DNA of 63,888 nucleotides, filler included, from Octopus bimaculoides (taxonomy: Eukaryota), in assembly GCF_001194135.2 (NCBI RefSeq). It is 7 parts of 6 records of this genome, joined end to end, with 100 filler letters (N's around TTAATTAATTAA, not from the genome) between each part and the next. Parts side by side here need not be neighbours in the genome. Positions count along the whole stretch, not along the records: positions 35,911 to 58,091 come from NC_068981.1; 6 more parts are not named here. The stretch is one strand, 5' to 3'. The stretch's first letter is position 1. Each line of letters starts with the position of its first letter. This document shows, piece after piece, positions 36,086 through 48,079 of this stretch. A program made the translations under genes and the position numbers. The notes beneath the pieces were generated by a model. That model saw nothing but the letters and a program-made list of their open reading frames with translations. It searched no databases and had not been told where the DNA came from.

Positions 36086-37460
36086 GTAGATATGGAATTT
36101 GGGATAGAAAAGTGCACTATATTGAAAATGAAACGAGGAAAATTTGAAAGAAGCCAAGGAATTGAAATAGCAATGAGCGATTGAGAAAGGACAATGATAT
36201 GAGTACTTGAGAATACTGGAAGTAGACGAAATAAAAAATGAAGAAATGAAAGAAATTACCAGTAGGGAGTACACAAGGAGAGTAAGAAAATTATTGCAAC
36301 CAAAACTGAATTTCAAAAATCTTATTGAAGCAATAAATTCAAGATCAGTACCCTTAATCAGATATGGAGTCGGAATTATAGACTTGAACCAAAAACAATA
36401 TCACGGAACTTGACAGAAAAAAACTAGGAAGTTGTTGACAATGTATGGAGCCCACAATCCGAAAACTGATATCAACTTGAAGAAAGACCAGGGTGGAAGA
36501 GGCTTTATAACAGTAAAAGAACGTGTACAGGCGGAGAGAAAAAAGTCTAGAAGAGTATTTACAGAGCATCACAGAAAAACTGTAAAAGACAGTTAATAAA
36601 GAAGAGGTGATGAAGCGCGTAAAAGGAGAAAAAGACAAGAATGAAATACAAAGAGAGCATGTCAGACAGATTGAAGAGAAACCACTGCATGGCCAATTTT
36701 GGAGATCCACTGAAGACGCATGCGGAACAGAATTCTGGGCCTGGTTAAAAAGGGGGCCAAAAATAGAAACAAAGAGCCTAACTGTAGCAGCCCAAGATCA
36801 AATAATAAAAACAAACAAGTTGAGGAAAAAATGTATTTGAGGAAAATGTGTCAGAATCTGTGGAACTTGGAACGAGACAGTGTGGAAGAATGTCCCAAGA
36901 TGGCTCTGGAAGAATAAAAGAAAGGGAGGCATAACCAAGTTGTAAAAGTTTTACACTAGAAGCTTTGCCAGAAATATGGATTTGAAGCTGAAGATACATA
37001 GTATGATCATCGAGTCGAAAGTGTCCTGGAGTCGCAGAATTTTAAGATTCTGTGGGACTTTCTTATTCAAACAAACAAGAAGCTAAAAAATAATAGACCA
37101 AACATAACAATAATATACAGGGAAAAGCGAAGTTGCTTATTGATTGACCTACCATGTCCGTTTCGTTCCAGAATTGTGAAGAAAGAAGACGAAAAACAAA
37201 AAGAATCCCTTAAGATTTGAAATTGTAAGAATTTGGAATATGAAAACTGTAAAGGCTGTGCTTATGCTGATTGGTGCATTGAGAACTGTAAGGAAAGATA
37301 TGGACAAATGGTTGAAGGAGATTGGAATAGAATGTCTTTTAGAGAAAGTTTGTCTCTTAGGGGAGGAAAGATTATCAGGAGGGTTCTAAGCACTGGAAAT
37401 ACCTAAGATTACATGCAGTAAACCGAATAAGACCAAACCTGAGTCAAATCAATAATAATG
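36084..37460 (+). mobile_element. 5'-truncated, degraded R4/Dong-like LINE (end of RT through RLE)
   Basis: MEFGIEKC..MKRGKF; NLIEAINSRSVPLIRYGVGII; LHGQFWR..WLKRGPKIETKSLTVAAQDQ; KILWDFLIQT..NNRPNI..LIDLPCPF..LIGALRTV. Starts immediately after (AAT)n at 36012-36083. Confidence 0.9.
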
Positions 37461-37540
37461 ACGATAACAACGATAGTAGTGACGATGGGTAAAACTAGAT
37501 TAACCATTTCCAGATGCAAATTATAGTTTCAACATAATCC

Positions 37541-37753
37541 TTTCTTTTATAGGCACAAGACCTAGAATTTGTGGGGAGGGCGAGCATAGTAGATCACATC
37601 AACCCCAGCCCTTGACTGGTACTTAATTTATCGACCCCGAAAGGATGAAAGGCAAAGTCACCCTCGGCAGAATTTGAACTCAGAACGTCAATACAGACGA
37701 AATGCTGCTAAGCATTTCGCCCGGCGTGCTAACGACTCTGCCAGCTCAGCGCC
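37541..37753 (-). mobile_element. SINE family B
   Basis: Reverse complement of the 38548 and 62337 copies. Confidence 0.88.
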
Positions 37754-38029
37754 TTATAATTTCAACATAATAAACTGGATGTTAAGGGAATTGAACCATT
37801 CAGACAGAAAAAGTGAAGCAGAGTCTAATAAAAACAGAAAACTACAACGAAATAACAAAAGCAGGACTACAAAAATACTTAGAAGAAAGCAAGGAGACGC
37901 TGATAAGCATAATAAGAAAATATGAAAACAACAAAAAGAACTTTTCTACTTCAAATGAAAAGAGATTTAGATAAAAAAAAACATCAGATATAAATGAAAG
38001 AACTTAAAACGAAACCAAAATATATTGGG

Positions 38030-38520
38030 GAAATTGGAAGGAAAAACCCATTCCATAATCTAAATCACACAAAACTCGACAGAGAGGAAGAAATCCGTTG
38101 TGAAAAATCAACATTGATTGAAAAGCTCCGAGGTATAAACAGAAACAAGTCGAATCAAAGAGAACATGACTAGTGTCTAACCACAAATAACTATCTATCT
38201 TTCCACCTTCCTTCTTGAGTATTCGTAGGTCAAAGGGGCACGCAACGTCAAATATATAAAGCATATGTGGTGCACCTTGTCCACCACCACCACCACCACC
38301 ACCAGGTCTGGTTTGTTATGCTCTAGCACCTGATCTGTTTGGATTGGGAAATCCCAGAGGATTTTACTCGTCTCCAACTCCGCCACTCTCTGCCGTTTGT
38401 GCTCATACCACGTCTTGCCTCTCTCTAACCCCAACTTTTCGCACAGTTTCCAATGTAGCACATTCGCTGCCTGGTTTTATCATAGTACCAAGTGTAGGCT
38501 GTAAAAGTAGAACAATAAAA
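38030..38520 (-). mobile_element. R4/Dong-like RLE fragment
   Basis: LHWKLCEKLGLERGKTWYEH..KILWDFPIQTDQVLEHNKPDLVVVVVVVDK..CPFD; a (GGT)n expansion lies inside the former coding region. Confidence 0.85.
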
Positions 38521-38547
38521 TGGTAGAACATACTGTGTCTGGCTGTT

Positions 38548-38766
38548 AGACGGCGAGCTGGCAGAATCGTTATCGCGCCTAGCAATATGCTTAACGGCAT
38601 TTCATCCGTCTTTACGATCTGAGTTCAAATGCACCGAGGTCGACTTTGCCTTTCATCCGTCCAGAGCCGATAAAATAATTACCAGTCGAGCACTGGGGTC
38701 GATCTAATCCCCTTAGCCCTTCCCCTCAAAACTGCTGGCCTTGTGTCAAAATTTGAAACCAATATT
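38548..38766 (+). mobile_element. SINE family B
   Basis: GGCGAGCTGGCAGAATCGTTA..GAGTTCAAAT..GAGGTCGACTTTGCCTTTCATCC..GATAAAATAATTACCAG..CTGGGGTCGAT. Confidence 0.9.
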
Positions 38767-39138
38767 ATCTCTGGCTGTTCTACTTGGACTTTATCGTGTT
38801 ACATCTTACTTAAAACTATTTTATAACCCTTAGCACCCTACTATAAAGAAGAGTATCCCTAATAATAAGACACCAAATGAAGTACTTTGCACTCTTTATG
38901 TTCCAAGTTCAAATGCAGTCAGAGTCGAATTGACTTTCAAATCCTCCAGGGTCAATAACATTTAACATCAAGTCTATGTTCTGATTTTTAGATCTCATTG
39001 CAATTGACTATATCATTGATTGTTCTGATATTTATTAAAATAAGTACCAGTAATATATTTGGCCTTAAGCTAAAATTAGAAAACTGTATTAGCTACAGAA
39101 TGTAAATCATTTTCTCTACGTTTTCTGTTTAATTTCAG

Positions 39139-39296
39139 CGTTGATATTTGGTAGCTTAGCGGTTCTGTTTTCCTACGTGATCCATCACTTGAACCCCAAC
39201 ATTCTTCATACAACTCTGATAATCTTGAACACTATCGCAGGACCAATCACCGGAATGTTCGTTCTTGGACTCTTTGTTCCATGGGCCAACACCAAA
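39139..39296 (+). CDS. SLC5 sodium:solute symporter (SLC5A5/6/8/12 subfamily), internal exon
   Basis: tttcag| ... |gtacgt, phase 1->0, 158 nt. Encodes LIFGSLAVLFSYVIHHLNPNILHTTLIILNTIAGPITGMFVLGLFVPWANTK, matching the subfamily GP(L)xGxFxLGxxxPxAN motif. Confidence 0.93.
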
Positions 39297-40213
39297 GTAC
39301 GTGTCTACTCCACTCTCCAAGTTTTTTTCAATGTTTTCAATGTGTTTTAACAATAAGGAATTGTCAAATATTACTGGAAAATTCTATTTTACAATTCATT
39401 TGCTTTCTTTTTTGTTTTCCTTTTTGAGCCTTTTTGATGCTATTTTAATGAGACGACATGGTCAAAGAAAGCGAAATTTCTATTGCAGAGTAATTTAGTT
39501 TCTTAGTATCAATAACGGACGGACGGATGGATGGATGGATGGATGGATATAGTAAGATCAAAAATCAATAATTTATCCAGGTCATGACTCCTGGATAAAT
39601 GATACATTTGCTGCCATATTTTGTGCTACTGTTTGCATTTTAGTCTGCAGCTTCCTGGATAGTGTTTAAAGTGCCCTACAGGTATGAAAACTTGCTTGTT
39701 GCAACCATATTATTCAGAGAAAGTTGTTATTAAGTGTATGTTTTAGAGACACCCACGTAAGAGAAGGCAGTTTGCTGTCCGTCGAGAGGACTGAGGTGGA
39801 TGACAAAGATACTTATTCGTCGCTTGCTCAGTTCATCTCCCAGCATAACGAAGTCACAGATAAGCAACGTAAATGGCGATTTCAGTCTATAATTGCAGAC
39901 TGTTTAATCAGTTTAATATTGGTTGAAAATATTCCGTTCAGCTACTGGAGATATGAAAGACATTTTTGGTGGTTGTCACACAAGATGGAGACCATCATTA
40001 TCGAATATTCTCCATAAACGATACCTCAGTATCCCCCTACACACACACACCTCTTCTATTCGTGATGAGACACTTCTAGACATCTTCAACATTATCTCCT
40101 AATTAATCTCTTTAATTATATCTCCTATTTAATATGCTTTCCAAGCGAATTAAATAAGAGATGAAACGTATTAACAATATTTCTTTTTCTGTATTTTTTT
40201 TTCTTTGCCACAG

Positions 40214-40380
40214 GGCACTTTAGTTGGGTTCAGCGCGGCTGTCATCATGACCCTTTGGTTGGGAATCGGAAATGCTGTCACAAATAGTAAACTAAAAGAG
40301 CATCATTTGCCTAACAACAGTACCAACGTCACTGAATGTACACCAATACCGCCGGTCGACCGGAACTTATATAAAAATAG
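40214..40380 (+). CDS. SLC5 symporter internal exon (TM helix plus glycosylated extracellular loop)
   Basis: ttgccacag| ... AG|gtcagt, phase 0->2. Encodes GTLVGFSAAVIMTLWLGIGNAVTNSKLKEHHLPNNSTNVTECTPIPPVDRNLYKN, with N-x-S/T sequons. Confidence 0.92.
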
Positions 40381-40814
40381 GTCAGTTACAGCTTTTTCTT
40401 TTATATTTATTGTTCTTGTCGTTGTTTATATCCAGGTCACAGCTCTAAAGGGGTACAGAAGTATTCAATGTTGTTTGGCGCTAGGTCAGTTCTGATCTTG
40501 TAATCCTTTAGCAACACAATCAAACTTCTAAACATGATCTACAAAGCAATTTTCCCCCTCTAACTAATAGATTGACACTCCAGCATGTGCGGTTTATCAT
40601 GTCGGGTGCAATTTAGCAATCTCGCTAGGATACAATTTTTCCTTCTCTGTCAAGTCTGTTACGTTCAATGATGTCCACAGTGAGAATGAGCGAAGCTGCT
40701 CCAATTGCCGTTCTTATCTTCAACGGTGAACTTGAGGGGATCATCATGTTGTTCGTGTTACTCATATTTCTGTGTGAGTGTGTGTGCGCGCGCGTGTGCG
40801 CGCGCGCATGCGTG

Positions 40815-40960
40815 GACGAGCGCAAGCATGGCCATATGGTTGAACACTTTGCAATTATGAGGTCCTGGATTCGATCCCATAGCACGGCATCTTGGACATG
40901 TGTCTTTACCCCAGCCTTGGATCGATGGAAGCCTTATGAGTAGCAGTTAGTTGAAAGGAA
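40815..40960 (+). mobile_element. Diverged SINE-A head fragment
   Basis: GCGCAAGCATGGCCATATGGTTGA..GGATTCGATCCC..GGCATCTTGGACATGTGTCT..AAGCCTTATGAGT. Confidence 0.6.
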
Positions 40961-41776
40961 GATTATTGTCAGCACAGACAGGGTGGCGAGCGACATAATG
41001 ATAATACAGGAGAGAGAGGAAGGATGATAGAAAGGGCGGTGACAGGTGAGTAATGGGGAGGGTGACAGATGTCTAGTGATAGGTGATCAATTACAGACTG
41101 GGTTGGGTCAATAGGAAGCGGTTCGAGGAAGAGGGCAGAGATAAGTAATAAGCAGAGAAAAGAATGAAATATTTAGCTGTCTCTCATTTAATTACATCAG
41201 CAGAAAACTGCAGAAGTTAATTGAATGAGGGAGGGCTGAGCGTTTATTTCAAAGTCGATTGCAATAAACAATAAGAAAACATAGATTTTAGTAGTGAATG
41301 CATGTGGAGTAATTGAAATTAATTAGATGTAATTAGACAGTTGCAGTTGGTTGGTTTTCACTGAGAACAGAAAAAGAAACATCAGACGCGTTTATGTTCT
41401 TGGTAGATAATCGTTTACCNNNNNNNNNNNNNNNNNNNNNNNNNNNNNNNNNNNNNNNNNNNNNNNNNNNNNNNNNNNNNNNNNNNNNNNNNNNNNNNNN
41501 NNNNNNNNNNNNNNNNNNNNNNNNNNNNNNNNNNNNNNNNNNNNNNNNNNNNNNNNNNNNNNNNNNNNNNNNNNNNNNNNNNNNNNNNNNNNNNNNNNNN
41601 NNNNNNNNNNNNNNNNNNNNNNNNNNNNNNNNNNNNNNNNNNNNNNNNNNNNNNNNNNNNNNNNNNNNNNNNNNNNNNNNNNNNNNNNNNNNNNNNNNNN
41701 NNNNNNNNNNNNNNNNNNNNNNNNNNNNNNGTCCTTGTTTGTCCCCTCTGTGTGTAGCCCCTTGTGGGTAGTAAAG

Positions 41777-41812
<36 letters not shown>

Positions 41813-42120
41813 TGTCTTTTTCAAAGATATTTTAAAATTTATTGGGGGCGATGATGATGGAATCTGGAGAAGGAATGAATGAAAGGTGATGAGGTTAAGA
41901 ATGTGAACAAAAACATCAAACAAGACAAACTGAAGGCGGAGTTCGAGGAAGGGTGTGGGAGGAGGGGGTTGCATAGAGGGTGAGGGCGAGGGTAGGGAGG
42001 TAGAGAGTAGCTGACGGCTAGAAACTGCTGGAATGAGGCTCTACAAGAATATTCTTCATTTGGAATGACCGAATTATTTGGCGAGGAGCAATAAATATAC
42101 GTTTATAAATGTCCTCATTC

Positions 42121-42151
<31 letters not shown>

Positions 42152-42466
42152 TGTATATTCACAGCTAGAAACACCCAAATAGACACATACATATTCACAA
42201 TCGTACATACACACACACATATATGCATAAACGCCTACATATACACAGTTTTACGCGCGCACACACGTATGGGTACATACACACTCTCACACGCTCACAT
42301 ACAGACACAGACACACACGCAAACAAACACATACATATTCACAGTTACATACACATGTAATCCATATATACACACACACACACACACAAATCTCTTAATC
42401 ATTTTAATGGCCCTACCATAATTAATGATCCGATCTTTCTGATTTGTCTTTGAATCTTTCTTTCAG

Positions 42467-42567
42467 GACCGGCTGGGATGGTTTTTACTCCATATCTTAC
42501 CTGTGGTTTGCCTTTATAGCAGTAGCCATTGTATTAATCTTAGGTAACGTGGTATCCTTAATTACAG
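42467..42567 (+). CDS. SLC5 symporter exon with the last TM helix
   Basis: tctttcag| ... G|gtaaac, phase 2->1. Encodes (R)TGWDGFYSISYLWFAFIAVAIVLILGNVVSLIT(G), matching the FYxxSYL...VSLxTG signature. Confidence 0.95.
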
Positions 42568-42680
42568 GTAAACGTCATTAATTAACTTTTTTTTTTTTTT
42601 TTTCAATTTCTTTATTTTTATTTCCTTCGTTATATCTTTTGTTTAATTTGGATACTTCATCAAATTTGGCATAATTATTT

Positions 42681-42872
42681 GAACTGGCAGAATCGTTAGC
42701 ACACTGAACGAAATGCTTCACAGCATTTCGCCCGTCGCTATGTTCTGAGTTCAAATTCCGCCGAGGTCGACTTTGCTTTTCATCCTTTGGGGGTCGATAA
42801 ATTAAGTACCAGTCAAATGCTGGAGGTGATGTGATCGATTGGTTCCCCCTCTCCATTAAAATCCAGGCCATG
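42681..42872 (+). mobile_element. SINE family B
   Basis: Homologous to the 38548 copy. Confidence 0.88.
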
Positions 42873-42931
42873 TTCTCATAGTAGAAAGGATTGTTATTAT
42901 TATTACTATTATTATTATTATTATTATTATT

Positions 42932-43481
42932 GAGTGAGAGAGCAGTGCATGCCATCAAAGTGACACTGGGGTAAAATACATGAAGCCCAGTATACCCACC
43001 ATGACTACCCGTCTGATAAAGGTACACCAAGCACATGCGTCACAACCACATGTGCGCGACATGGTGGTCTCATATCAGGATAAACAACGCATGACCTCGC
43101 AGGTGGGGGCCTGTTAGCATTTTCTTCAGGTCGAGTAGCCCATCCAGCTCAAAAGGTCTCTGAATAAGAGTTGCCTAAGGATGCTGAACGAAACACCCAC
43201 GTTTCCAAAGGTGAATTATTCAAACCCCAAAGAATTCCTCTCAACACATGGCTATGATGCTCCCCCACTACTTCTGCTCGTGATCAGAGATGCACATATC
43301 GTCAGCCACCAAGGGACATGCGCAACTGGTTATGGTCAAACAACTGACAAGCAAATCTGTAGTATTGAGCAGAATATTTGCTGTAGCCCATCTTTTATAC
43401 CAAGACAAAATAATGTACATGGTAACATTTCCAATCAGTTAAGATCAAAAGCCACTACCTGGTACTGCATCAGGGCATTGG

Positions 43482-43482
<1 letters not shown>
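42932..43482 (-). mobile_element. ~550-bp non-coding element bracketed by (TTA)n runs; putative non-autonomous TAA-targeted retroelement (orientation tentative)
   Basis: Sharp boundaries with (TTA)n at 42890-42931 and 43483-43534, complex interior, no TE protein similarity seen. Confidence 0.55.
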
Positions 43483-43535
<53 letters not shown>

Positions 43536-43693
43536 CTCAGNNNNNNNNNNNNNNNNNNNNNNNNNNNNNNNNNNNNNNNNNNNNNNNNNNNNNNNNNNNN
43601 NNNNNNNNNNNNNNNNNNNNNNNNNNNNNNNNNNNNNNNNGCAAAATGGCTGCTCCTGTGGAAAAATTTGAAATTATCATTATTATTACTATA

Positions 43694-44147
43694 TGAAAAC
43701 TCACAGCTTATTTTGCTGCGTATGATGGAAAGTTTCAGCTGTCCACACCCAGCAGACTAAGGTGACATTTGTTTAATGGTCATGCTTCAAGAACCCTGCG
43801 AAGAATTCTTGCAGTTCCAAGCAATGTTGATTTTTGTAGGTGTTCTGCCTTCACACTTGCACCAATCTTTCTCAGCCATGTTGGTAGTTGAGTGCTGATA
43901 CTTCCAAGTGCACCAATTACTATTGGTATCACGTCTACTCTCCTCATTGACCACAACTTTCATATTTCCCACTTCAAATCGTCATAGTCAATCAGTTTTT
44001 CTTCTTTCTCTTTGATCCTGTTGTCACCAGGACATGCTATGTCGATTATCCTGCATGTTCTTTCTTTTTTATTCACCACAAAAACGTCCCGTTTCCGATG
44101 TCTGGTCAGGTGATCGCACTGGATCATTGTATCCCATAAGATTTTGC
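43694..44147 (-). mobile_element. 5'-truncated R4/Dong-like LINE RLE end
   Basis: CKILWDTMIQCDHLTRHRKRDVFVVNKKERTCRIIDIACPGD..DLKWEI..VIPIVIGALGS..LQKSTLLGTARILRRVLEA* (TGA 43780-43782); (AAT)n at 44148-44209 lies 5' of it. Confidence 0.9.
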
Positions 44148-44148
44148 A

Positions 44149-44209
<61 letters not shown>

Positions 44210-44210
<1 letters not shown>

Positions 44211-44326
44211 GGCAGTGAGCTGCCTGAATAGTTAGCACGCCGGAGAAAATGTTTCACGGTATTTCGTTCGTCTTTACATTCTGAATTTAAATTTCGCCGA
44301 AGTCGACTTAGCCTTCCATCCTTTTG
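44210..44326 (+). mobile_element. SINE family B 5' part (runs into a gap)
   Basis: GGCAGTGAGCTG..GTTAGCACGCCGG..AAATTTCGCCGAAGTCGACTTAGCCTTCCATCC. Confidence 0.85.
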
Positions 44327-45172
44327 NNNNNNNNNNNNNNNNNNNNNNNNNNNNNNNNNNNNNNNNNNNNNNNNNNNNNNNNNNNNNNNNNNNNNNNNNN
44401 NNNNNNNNNNNNNNNNNNNNNNNNNNNNNNNNNNNNNNNNNNNNNNNNNNNNNNNNNNNNNNNNNNNNNNNNNNNNNNNNNNNNNNNNNNNNNNNNNNNN
44501 NNNNNNNNNNNNNNNNNNNNNNNNNNNNNNNNNNNNNNNNNNNNNNNNNNNNNNNNNNNNNNNNNNNNNNNNNNNNNNNNNNNNNNNNNNNNNNNNNNNN
44601 NNNNNNNNNNNNNNNNNNNNNNNNNNNNNNNNNNNNNNNNNNNNNNNNNNNNNNNNNNNNNNNNNNNNNNNNNNNNNNNNNNNNNNNNNNNNNNNNNNNN
44701 NNNNNNNNNNNNNNNNNNNNNNNNNNNNNNNNNNNNNNNNNNNNNNNNNNNNNNNNNNNNNNNNNNNNNNNNNNNNNNNNNNNNNNNNNNNNNNNNNNNN
44801 NNNNNNNNNNNNNNNNNNNNNNNNNNNNNNGAATGTGCACTCTTAGTGAAGATTAAATGGAATTGGACATCGTTTGGGTCTTTTTTTAAGATTATTAGCG
44901 TAGTAAATGAAATGAAATAGCTGCAGTCATTCACTGGATGTTGATTTTAGAAATGGTTCGCAGAGAACTTACCGCCCACTACGAAAACCAGCACACATGT
45001 TTGAAATAAAACTGAAAAGCAGGAGATTTCTGTCGTATTTCTGTTGTAATATGATGACAATAATATTTATATTTTTCTGGTTGATGAGGTGATGTGAGAA
45101 ATAGAATGAATGTGAAAATAGTTTCGTTTCTATCGTTTCTTCATCTTATTGGAAATGTTTCTTTTACCACAG

Positions 45173-45252
45173 GTGGCACGACGTCTAAAAAGAAAAAATA
45201 CACAATTTGGAAATACAAGAAAATACCAATTCCTCCGCGAAGTACCTAGAGA
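45173..45252 (+). CDS. Probable SLC5 C-terminal tail exon
   Basis: cttttaccacag| ... GA|gtaagt. Fully open only in phase 0->2 or 2->1; phase 0 gives VARRLKRKNTQFGNTRKYQFLREVPR and joins 47021 in frame to a plausible end. Direct splicing from 42567 (phase 1) gives GTTSKKKKYTIWKYKKIPIPPRST* instead. Confidence 0.6.
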
Positions 45253-47020
45253 GTAAGTAAATAACTTATTTCATACGAAAATAGTAATAAAAACAGAATA
45301 GTATAACAACGTGTGAAAAGTGCAACTTGCGGTGTATTCGGCTGCGTTTAAAGTACTGTTGAGAAGTTGAAAGTAATGTTTTTAATATCTAGATAGATGT
45401 ATAATGGTAAAAAGAAAATGAATTTTAAATGGTTTCAGTAAATTTTAAAAAGTGTATTTTAAACATTAGCACAGCCCCCCCCCCCTGCTCCCTCTGGTCA
45501 TGCTGAGCAAATCGTACCTTTGGTAGGCTGACAACCTACCAACTGAAGTTGAAACAACAATTAATTTCCCAGAAATCAAATTCAGTAATCGTTAAGGACC
45601 CGAAGTTGTGGCATTCATGGCTTTATGGAAAACATCAAAATTATAATTCAATTAACTTCGGTATTGATCTATGGTTGGTATAACGATATCTGTAATAAAC
45701 TTGATCAATTAAACATCTCAGATTTCGTTGTGGAATCGATCAGTTTAAGTAGTTCTAATGGAAGGGGAGAAATATAGGATGTGACAGTTTATTATCGGGA
45801 AAATTTTTACAGTGACAGAGTCAATGAGAGAGCTTCTGTTTGATCACACAATATACTAGAAACAGAAGACAAAAATACTTCAAATCACTGACTCACACAT
45901 ACACACTGCCGCCTAAGAAGAACGAAAAACCATTGAATAATACGGTCCTGTGTTCCCCTTCACATCAGAAAAAAGACAGGATGGTCATGGCTGGAATGGA
46001 AGTCTACCTCATCAGGGTTAACCTGGAGCTAGACAAAAATAACTTAACCTGTGAATACCAGAAGAAATTTTACTAATCCCTTAGCTTTGACACTGCAGAT
46101 GTCGTAACTCTTTCAACTGTCGTCTACATAAGCGAGTTGCGCTGTTGTCATGGTGACATTTGAGATGATTAAAGTGTCGAGGAGACGGGGGCTAAGCTAC
46201 AGGCAAAGCAGACGATTGCCTGAGGCCCCGAAAGTTGGTGGCGTCAAGCAAACTTTTAACAAGAGACAAAACTTCTTTACCCAACTAAAAACATGAAAAC
46301 TATAAAGCGGGGAGGGGAGAAATAGAGAGCAACAGTGGATAGGTGGAGGTAGACAGGAGAGTCATGTGGTCTTATGACTTGTCACATGATTTGCATGAAA
46401 CATTTAAAGTTTTCCTAGATAACAGATTTATACAATGACATAAGAAGCCATAAAAGCTATAGATTTCTTGTTGACAATTTAATTATAATTTGGTGTTGGT
46501 GGTAGTGGTGGTGGTGGTGGTGGTGGTGGTGGAGACTGCATTGTTATGATGGTATAAAGCGGAATGATGGTTGAAGGGGCGCACATTGCGGAGTTGAGAA
46601 TAGGGAGCACCCATCGTAGTGCTGAGAAAAGGGATTACACATAATAGAGCTGGGAGAGACAGCGCGCATTGTAGGACTGCACGATGGTGCTGAATGTCTT
46701 GGTGTCGTCCCTGATTAAAGAGAATTTTTCTTTGGCGATTAATCTCTTGTTCGTAGAAACATCGCCAAGATTTTGTCTCTTTTCAAGAATTACTAACTTT
46801 AGAAAACAAGCAAACTACAATTAGAATACATTGTTTTACATTGTTTTACATTATTTACATTATTTACATTTGACGGATATTTGTCCTCATCTCTTAAATA
46901 TCGAACTGTACATTGTTTTCCTTATATGGTTAATGATTTAAGACAACATTCTTCTTTACTTTTCTCTTGGATAGTTGTTAATGTTTTGTTTGTAATTTAT
47001 TCTCTAATTTTTTTTTACAG

Positions 47021-47060
47021 AACGTCTGGCGGATTTTTGAATACTGGATCTCTATTCTAA
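47021..47060 (+). CDS. Probable SLC5 terminal coding exon
   Basis: Strong acceptor ttttttttttacag|; phase 2 gives (E)TSGGFLNTGSLF* ending in S-x-F (class I PDZ-type motif). AATAAA at 47086-47091. Confidence 0.55.
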
Positions 47061-47584
47061 ATTCCTACATAAAAATCAATGACAGAATAAAAGTGAATTC
47101 CGAGGGAAATATTTGATAGAAACTAACAGTTATAATACTCGTTGAATTATAATTTGGAATGAGTGAGATCTTAAAGTCCAATAACTTTCTTAAAGTTAAT
47201 CATTGATCAATGAATTATAGGGAAGAGAAACGAAAGAGAAACTGCTTTGTATAATAAAACAACAAACTGCATCAGTCGTTTGTCTTTATTTCTGACGTTG
47301 ATTAAAGACTTCCTTTTTGTCTTTGGTGTATAAATGCTGGCATGAAATGTAAAGAGCGCGTCATGTTTTGGCTGTAGATATGGAAATGTACAGAGGGGGA
47401 TTAGTGGAGACTTGACTATTGTCTCTAGTCTCAATGGTAGATTAAAAGTTTTCCATCGCAACAACTGACTGTGTTCTATCTTTAATCATTGGACCCCCAA
47501 TTCCCGAGTTCAGCTAACTATCTTGTGAGACTGACCATCAAGTTATTAGAATTAAGTATCGAAAAATTGATAAATAATACTTGG

Positions 47585-47790
47585 TGCCAATGGCTTTATT
47601 TTAGCCTAAGGCCTTACTCAGCGTCTATGGCCTTACTCGGTGTCTATAGTCTTTAATAATACCAACGGCCTTCGGTCGTACCAATGGCTTCACTCAACGT
47701 CTAGGATCTTGCCTGGTGTTTAAGGCCTTATTCAGTACTAATGGCCTTACTCGGGGGTCTTAGGCTTTACACAGTATCTATGGCCACAAT
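47585..47790. repeat. Degenerate ~18-19-bp minisatellite (GGCCTTACTCRGYGTCTA-like)
   Basis: About ten diverged units visible. Confidence 0.7.
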
Positions 47791-47802
47791 ATTTAGATAT
47801 TC

Positions 47803-48046
47803 CAAGATTTAACTCTCAAACGTCCCAAGTCTTATTCCATCTCTAACTCAACACTCAGATCACAACTGTACCGAAGGAAAAGTGTTTCTTTAGCTTACAT
47901 TTCTGGGTTAAAATCAATTCTCGCTAATCAGATTAAGAGATTAAGAGAGCGACAACAAATCACGTCACGATTGAACCTTGGACCCAGATTCTTGCCCGCT
48001 TGTGTTCACTTAGTCACTGTATCCAGATATATATACATACATATAT

Positions 48047-48079
<33 letters not shown>

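Noticed and set aside
43420-43482. Possible HDV-like ribozyme at the 5' end of the TAA-flanked element
   Set aside because: Could not build P2 and P1.1 by hand, and P1 has a mismatch.
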